The notes below the pieces were generated by a model. It ran no database searches. It was not told the origin of the DNA and was given only the letters and a program-made list of their open reading frames with translations. The translations under genes were made by a program, and so were the position numbers. A stretch of 32,000 nt of DNA from Candidatus Saccharimonadota bacterium. GTDB taxonomy: Bacteria > Bacteroidota > Bacteroidia > Flavobacteriales > Blattabacteriaceae. The DNA lies in NCBI GenBank assembly GCA_029851085.1, contig CP100318.1, positions 180,001 through 212,000 of the forward strand, read 5' to 3'. This document shows, piece after piece, positions 27,923-32,000 of this stretch; positions within the stretch are counted from its first letter, which is position 1; each line of letters starts with the position of its first letter.

Positions 27923-28519
27923 TTATTTATATCTTTTTTTTAGTAAAAAAGGGGTTATAAAATAACCTCCTAATATTCCACCAATATGAGCAAAATGTGC
28001 TATAGACATAAAATGATTTCCAAAAAAAGAAGCAATACAACTAATAAAAATAAATATACATAATGCTTTATTAATATTAATAGCAAAAGGTATAGGTAAT
28101 ATTAATATATTTTTATTGGGAAATAAATAAGCAAAAGATCCTATAAGACCACTTATTGCTCCAGAAGCACCCATCATAGGATAAAAAATGATTATTTTTT
28201 TATATAAAAATGATATATCAAATAATATTTGTACTAGAGCAGCTATAAATCCTGAAAACAAATAAATAATAATTAAATTTTTAAAACCCATTATATATTC
28301 TACTGGTAGTCCAAACATCCATAATGTTAACATATTAAAAATAATATGAACAAATAGTTTAGAATGTATAAACATATGAGTAAACAACTGATAAAATTCA
28401 AAATTTTGTGATAAAGGATTATATAAATAAAATTGGTTAATATTTATTTCTGGAAATAATATAATAGCTATATATATAATAATATTAATAATTATTAAAT
28501 TTTTAACTCCTAATTTCAT
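27923..28519 (-). CDS. Rhomboid-family intramembrane serine protease
   Basis: 198 aa with about 6 TM segments. The catalytic Ser motif is GASGAISG and the catalytic His context is FAHIGGILGG. Confidence 0.8.
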   Translation of the reverse strand: MKLGVKNLIIINIIIYIAIILFPEININQFYLYNPLSQNFEFYQLFTHMFIHSKLFVHIIFNMLTLWMFGLPVEYIMGFKNLIIIYLFSGFIAALVQILFDISFLYKKIIIFYPMMGASGAISGLIGSFAYLFPNKNILILPIPFAININKALCIFIFISCIASFFGNHFMSIAHFAHIGGILGGYFITPFLLKKRYK

Positions 28520-28522
28520 TAA

Positions 28523-30223
28523 TTAATTGAATTGTTTATCAATATTTTTTTTATTTAAAAAAATATAAATTTTTTTTCCCAAAGGAGTAAAATTATGATT
28601 TTTACAAAAAAATAAACTATAAAATAAATATTCTATTTCAAGAATATTTAATTTAATACCACGTTTTATAGCAGCTAATTTAGCAATATTATTAACGAAT
28701 AATTCATTAGAATTAAAATTATTTTTAATTAAATAATTATCTAATACTTTATGTATAAAATCTACAATACAATTTTGATTTATCATTACTGATGATGCTT
28801 TTATTTTAATATAATTTTTAAAAAATTCAAAAGCAAAACCTAATTTAATTAAATCAATTTCTAATTCTTTAATAATTATTATTTCATTAGGTAAAAGATT
28901 AATTTTAATAGGAAATAAAAAATTTTGACTATCTAAATTATTATTAATATTTTTCATAAAATGATCATATAAAATACGTTGATGAGCTCTATATTGGTCT
29001 ATTATTATTAAATCAAATTCTAAATGGGCAATAATATATTTATAATCAAATTGAAAAAAATAAATTTCTTTATACTTAGAAAAGGTATTTTTAAAATATT
29101 CTTTGAAAAAGACTAATGATTTTTGTTCATATATATTATTAAATATAGATATTTGATTAATATTATTATTAAAATCTAATTTATTATTAAAATCTTTTTG
29201 CAAAAAATTATCATAAATAATATTAAAATCTGTAATTTTATATTGTCCTAATGCTTTTTTTATATTTGATAGAAGCATATCACATATAATATTAGTATAT
29301 TCGTTATCAAATTGTATTTCAGTTTTATCAGGATGAATATTAATATCTAAATACTTAGGATCTATATTTAAAAAAATAAAATATGAAGGATAATTTAAAA
29401 GTCCTGAAAAAGCGTTTAAAATAGTTTTATGTAAAAAGTAATTTTTAATATAACGATTATTAACAAATATAAATTGTTCACTTTTAGTTTTTTTATAATG
29501 TGTAGGTTTAATTATGAAACCTTCTACAGATATAGAATTAATTTTTTCATAAAAAAAAATTATATTATCGTTAATATATTTTCCAAATATTTCTATAATT
29601 CGTTGTTTAATTGAAGTTTTTTTTAGATCAAAAATAAGTTTATTATTATGATATAAACGAAAATTTATATCTGCATGTGCTAAAACTAATTTATAAAATT
29701 CATTAACTATATAATGAAATTCAATATTTTCTGATTTAAGAAATCTTCGTCTAACAGGTATATTATAAAATATATTTTTTACACTAATTATAGTTCCTTT
29801 AATAGTTTGACAATATGATTTATTTGTTAATAAACCATTTTCTATAATAAGATATGCTCCAAAATCTGACATTTTATTTTTAGTACGAATTTCCATTTTT
29901 GATATAGCAGCTATAGCAGCTAAAGCTTCTCCACGAAATCCTTTAGTATAAATATTAAATAAATCATTAATATGATAAATTTTTGAAGTAGCATATCGTT
30001 TAATACTCATTATTGCATCTTCCATACTCATACCTTCACCATTATCAATAGATTTAATTAATGTTTTTCCAGAATTATTTAGAACAAGATCAATTGCTTT
30101 AGCTTTTGCATCTATTGCATTTTCCAAAAGTTCTTTAACTATTGATGAAGGACGATGAATAATTTCTCCTGCAGCTATTTGATTTATAATATTTTGTGGC
30201 AAAATTTTAATTAAATTATTCAT
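28523..30223 (-). CDS. mutL: DNA mismatch repair protein MutL
   Basis: 566 aa. The N-terminal GHKL ATPase motifs read INQIAAGEIIHRPSSIVKELLENAIDA, DNGEGM and GFRGEAL. The C-terminal dimerisation/endonuclease region is present but has a non-canonical motif (see findings). Confidence 0.93.
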   Translation of the reverse strand: MNNLIKILPQNIINQIAAGEIIHRPSSIVKELLENAIDAKAKAIDLVLNNSGKTLIKSIDNGEGMSMEDAIMSIKRYATSKIYHINDLFNIYTKGFRGEALAAIAAISKMEIRTKNKMSDFGAYLIIENGLLTNKSYCQTIKGTIISVKNIFYNIPVRRRFLKSENIEFHYIVNEFYKLVLAHADINFRLYHNNKLIFDLKKTSIKQRIIEIFGKYINDNIIFFYEKINSISVEGFIIKPTHYKKTKSEQFIFVNNRYIKNYFLHKTILNAFSGLLNYPSYFIFLNIDPKYLDINIHPDKTEIQFDNEYTNIICDMLLSNIKKALGQYKITDFNIIYDNFLQKDFNNKLDFNNNINQISIFNNIYEQKSLVFFKEYFKNTFSKYKEIYFFQFDYKYIIAHLEFDLIIIDQYRAHQRILYDHFMKNINNNLDSQNFLFPIKINLLPNEIIIIKELEIDLIKLGFAFEFFKNYIKIKASSVMINQNCIVDFIHKVLDNYLIKNNFNSNELFVNNIAKLAAIKRGIKLNILEIEYLFYSLFFCKNHNFTPLGKKIYIFLNKKNIDKQFN

Positions 30224-30281
30224 AATTTTTTTTTAAAATAAATTATTTATGATTCAATAGTAGCTGCATTAGTTTAAAAAT

Positions 30282-30479
30282 TCATTTTTTACTCTTACTA
30301 AGTTTAGTATAAACTAAATTACCTTTATAATATAAATTATTATTTTTCCAAAAAGCTCTATGATATTGATGTACTTCATTGATATTAGTATCAATAGATA
30401 ATTGTACTAAATTTAATTTATAATGTTTCCTTCTTTTATTAGTTCTAGATTTAGATTGTTTTTTTTTGGGATTAGCCAT
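30282..30479 (-). CDS. rpmF: 50S ribosomal protein L32 (bL32)
   Basis: 65 aa. The N-terminus MANPKKKQSKSRTNKRRKHYK matches the bL32 signature (MAxPKxKxSKxRxxxRR.H). Confidence 0.8.
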   Translation of the reverse strand: MANPKKKQSKSRTNKRRKHYKLNLVQLSIDTNINEVHQYHRAFWKNNNLYYKGNLVYTKLSKSKK

Positions 30480-30512
30480 AATAATTATTTATTTTAAATA
30501 TAAAAAAATAAA

Positions 30513-31790
30513 ATGATTATGAATCATAAAGATAATATTTATTCTTTAATAGAAAAGGAAAAAGATCGTCAATTACGGGGGTTAGAACTTATTGCATCAG
30601 AAAATTTTGTTAGTTCTGATATACTTAATGTAATAGGATCAATTTTAACAAATAAATATGCAGAAGGTTATCCTAATAAACGTTATTATGGCGGATGTGA
30701 AATAATTGATAAAATAGAACAAATAGCTATTAATAGAGCTAAAAAATTATTTAAGGCAAATTATGCAAATGTTCAATCACATTCTGGGTCACAAGCAAAT
30801 ACAGCAGTTTATTTAGCTTCTATTAAACCTGGAGATATTATTATGGGATTTGACCTAAGTCATGGAGGTCATTTAACACATGGTGCTTCGGTTAATTTTT
30901 CTGGAAGTATATATCGTAGTATATTTTATGGATTAAATAAAGAGACAGGATTAATTGATTATGAAAAAATGAGTCTTATAGCTATAGAAAAAAAGCCAAA
31001 ATTAATAATTTGTGGAGCATCAGCTTATTCTAGAGATATAGATTATAAAAAATTTCGTGAAGTAGCTGATTATATAGGATCTATTCTTGTAGCTGATATT
31101 GCACATACAGCAGGTTTAATAGTTACAGGGCTTTTAAATCATCCTTTTCCACATTGTAATATAATTACTTCTACTACACATAAAACTTTACGTGGACCTC
31201 GTGGAGGACTAATTTTAGTAGGAAATGATTTTGAACATGAAAAAAGTTTAAAAAAACAAAAAATGTCTCAACTTATAGATAAAGCAGTATTTCCTGGATG
31301 TCAAGGTGGTCCTTTCGAAAATATAATAGCTGCTAAAGCTATTGCTTTTAAAGAAGCAATGACCAAAGAATATTTATTTTATGCTAAACAAATTATACGA
31401 AATGCTAAAGCATTATCAAAATCATTAATGGATAAAGGATATAATATAATTTCAGGAGGTACTGATAATCATTGTATACTTGTAGATTTGAGAAATAAAA
31501 ATATTACTGGAAAAGAAGCAGAAAATATTCTTGTTACTGCAGATATCACTTGTAATAAAAATATGGTTCCATTTGATAATAAATCACCTTTAATTACTTC
31601 AGGAATTCGTATAGGTACTGCTGCAATTACTACTAGAGGATTAAAAGAAAATGATATGGAAAATATCGCTAACTGGATAAATGAAGTAATAATTAATAAA
31701 TCAAATAATTTAAAAATTAAAAATATAAAAAATGAAATAAATAATTTTATGAAAAATTATCCATTATTTAATAATAAAATTTTAAATTAA
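30513..31790 (+). CDS. glyA: Serine hydroxymethyltransferase
   Basis: 425 aa with LELIASENF, the PLP-lysine context [14 protein letters not shown], and [12 protein letters not shown]. The start could alternatively be the ATG at 30519. Confidence 0.95.
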   Translation: MIMNHKDNIYSLIEKEKDRQLRGLELIASENFVSSDILNVIGSILTNKYAEGYPNKRYYGGCEIIDKIEQIAINRAKKLFKANYANVQSHSGSQANTAVYLASIKPGDIIMGFDLSHGGHLTHGASVNFSGSIYRSIFYGLNKETGLIDYEKMSLIAIEKKPKLIICGASAYSRDIDYKKFREVADYIGSILVADIAHTAGLIVTGLLNHPFPHCNIITSTTHKTLRGPRGGLILVGNDFEHEKSLKKQKMSQLIDKAVFPGCQGGPFENIIAAKAIAFKEAMTKEYLFYAKQIIRNAKALSKSLMDKGYNIISGGTDNHCILVDLRNKNITGKEAENILVTADITCNKNMVPFDNKSPLITSGIRIGTAAITTRGLKENDMENIANWINEVIINKSNNLKIKNIKNEINNFMKNYPLFNNKILN

Positions 31791-31847
31791 AAAAAAAATA
31801 AATAGTTATATTGTTTGCATAATTATTGTTTTGTAAAACAAAATAAT

Positions 31848-32000
31848 ATGGAAAATATCTTTATTGAAGAATCTGAATCAGATTTTATTCCTTTATTGAG
31901 TCAAGATGAAGATGATAATATTATTAATGAAACTAATTCGAAAAATAAAAATAAATATATAAATATATTATATGTACGTCATATTGTATTATTTCCTTTT
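31848..32000 (+). CDS. lon: Lon protease, N-terminal 51 codons only (runs off the window end)
   Basis: Manual translation gives MENIFIEESESDFIPLLSQDEDDNIINETNSKNKNKYINILYVRHIVLFPF. The pattern xFIPLLSxxEDD ... ILxxRxxVLFP is the Bacteroidetes Lon N-terminus as I recall it. The ORF is open to position 32000 and is not in the ORF track because it has no stop. Confidence 0.55.
   Translation, partial: MENIFIEESESDFIPLLSQDEDDNIINETNSKNKNKYINILYVRHIVLFPF

Noticed and set aside
31791-31847. Weak A/U-only hairpin ttgttt-tgta-aaacaa after glyA as a terminator, and Bacteroidetes -7 (TAnnTTTG)-like strings upstream of lon and groES
   Set aside because: The stems are short and made entirely of A-T pairs, and the promoter-like strings do not match the consensus spacing. 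In DNA this AT-rich such matches are expected by chance.

Overview
This is a very AT-rich window (by eye about 20-25% GC). It is gene-dense with very short spacers and uses the standard code (miaB ends in TGA). The gene content includes alternative complex III actA/actB, a sigma-54 enhancer-binding protein, NDH-2, a rhomboid protease, a MOP flippase, a beta-barrel OMP and a Bacteroidetes-style Lon N-terminus, plus the order miaB-EBP-secG-groES-groEL. Together with the base composition, this points to a reduced-genome Flavobacteriales insect endosymbiont, most plausibly Blattabacterium-like. That assignment is an inference; no search was run. I can support 26 protein genes (actB and lon are cut by the window edges) and 2 tRNAs (Leu-CAA, Gly-GCC). 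Functionally the window covers respiration (actAB, ndh), amino-acid and one-carbon metabolism (lysC, metE, glyA) and mismatch repair (mutS, mutL). Proteostasis and export genes are dense: groES/EL, clpX, clpP, a clpC-like gene, lon, sppA, rhomboid, secG and tatA. I found no mobile element, CRISPR array, toxin or defence gene, or unexplained multi-gene system, and every long ORF has a recognisable housekeeping identity. The unusual signal is a pervasive layer of young, near-perfect tandem repeats. (i) Stop-codon-spanning duplications and arrays are anchored on the 3' ends of lysC, metE, secG, sppA, tatA and mutS, and they make up the two long spacers (lysC-metE, secG-groES) and fill the short metE-peptidase, sppA-clpX and tatA-clpC ones. 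(ii) In-frame repeats sit inside actB, actA, an OMP, sppA, tatA and, most strikingly, the sigma-54 activator (4 x 60 bp). Coding repeats all have periods divisible by 3, while the purely noncoding ones (8, about 23 and 71 bp) do not; the 13-bp duplication at the secG stop is not divisible by 3 either, and it rewrites only the last residues. Secondary hypotheses are a 19-bp perfect palindrome with a weak -24/-12-like element upstream of groES next to the receiver-less sigma-54 activator, a possibly degenerate MutL endonuclease motif, and an N-domain-less ClpC-like ATPase.
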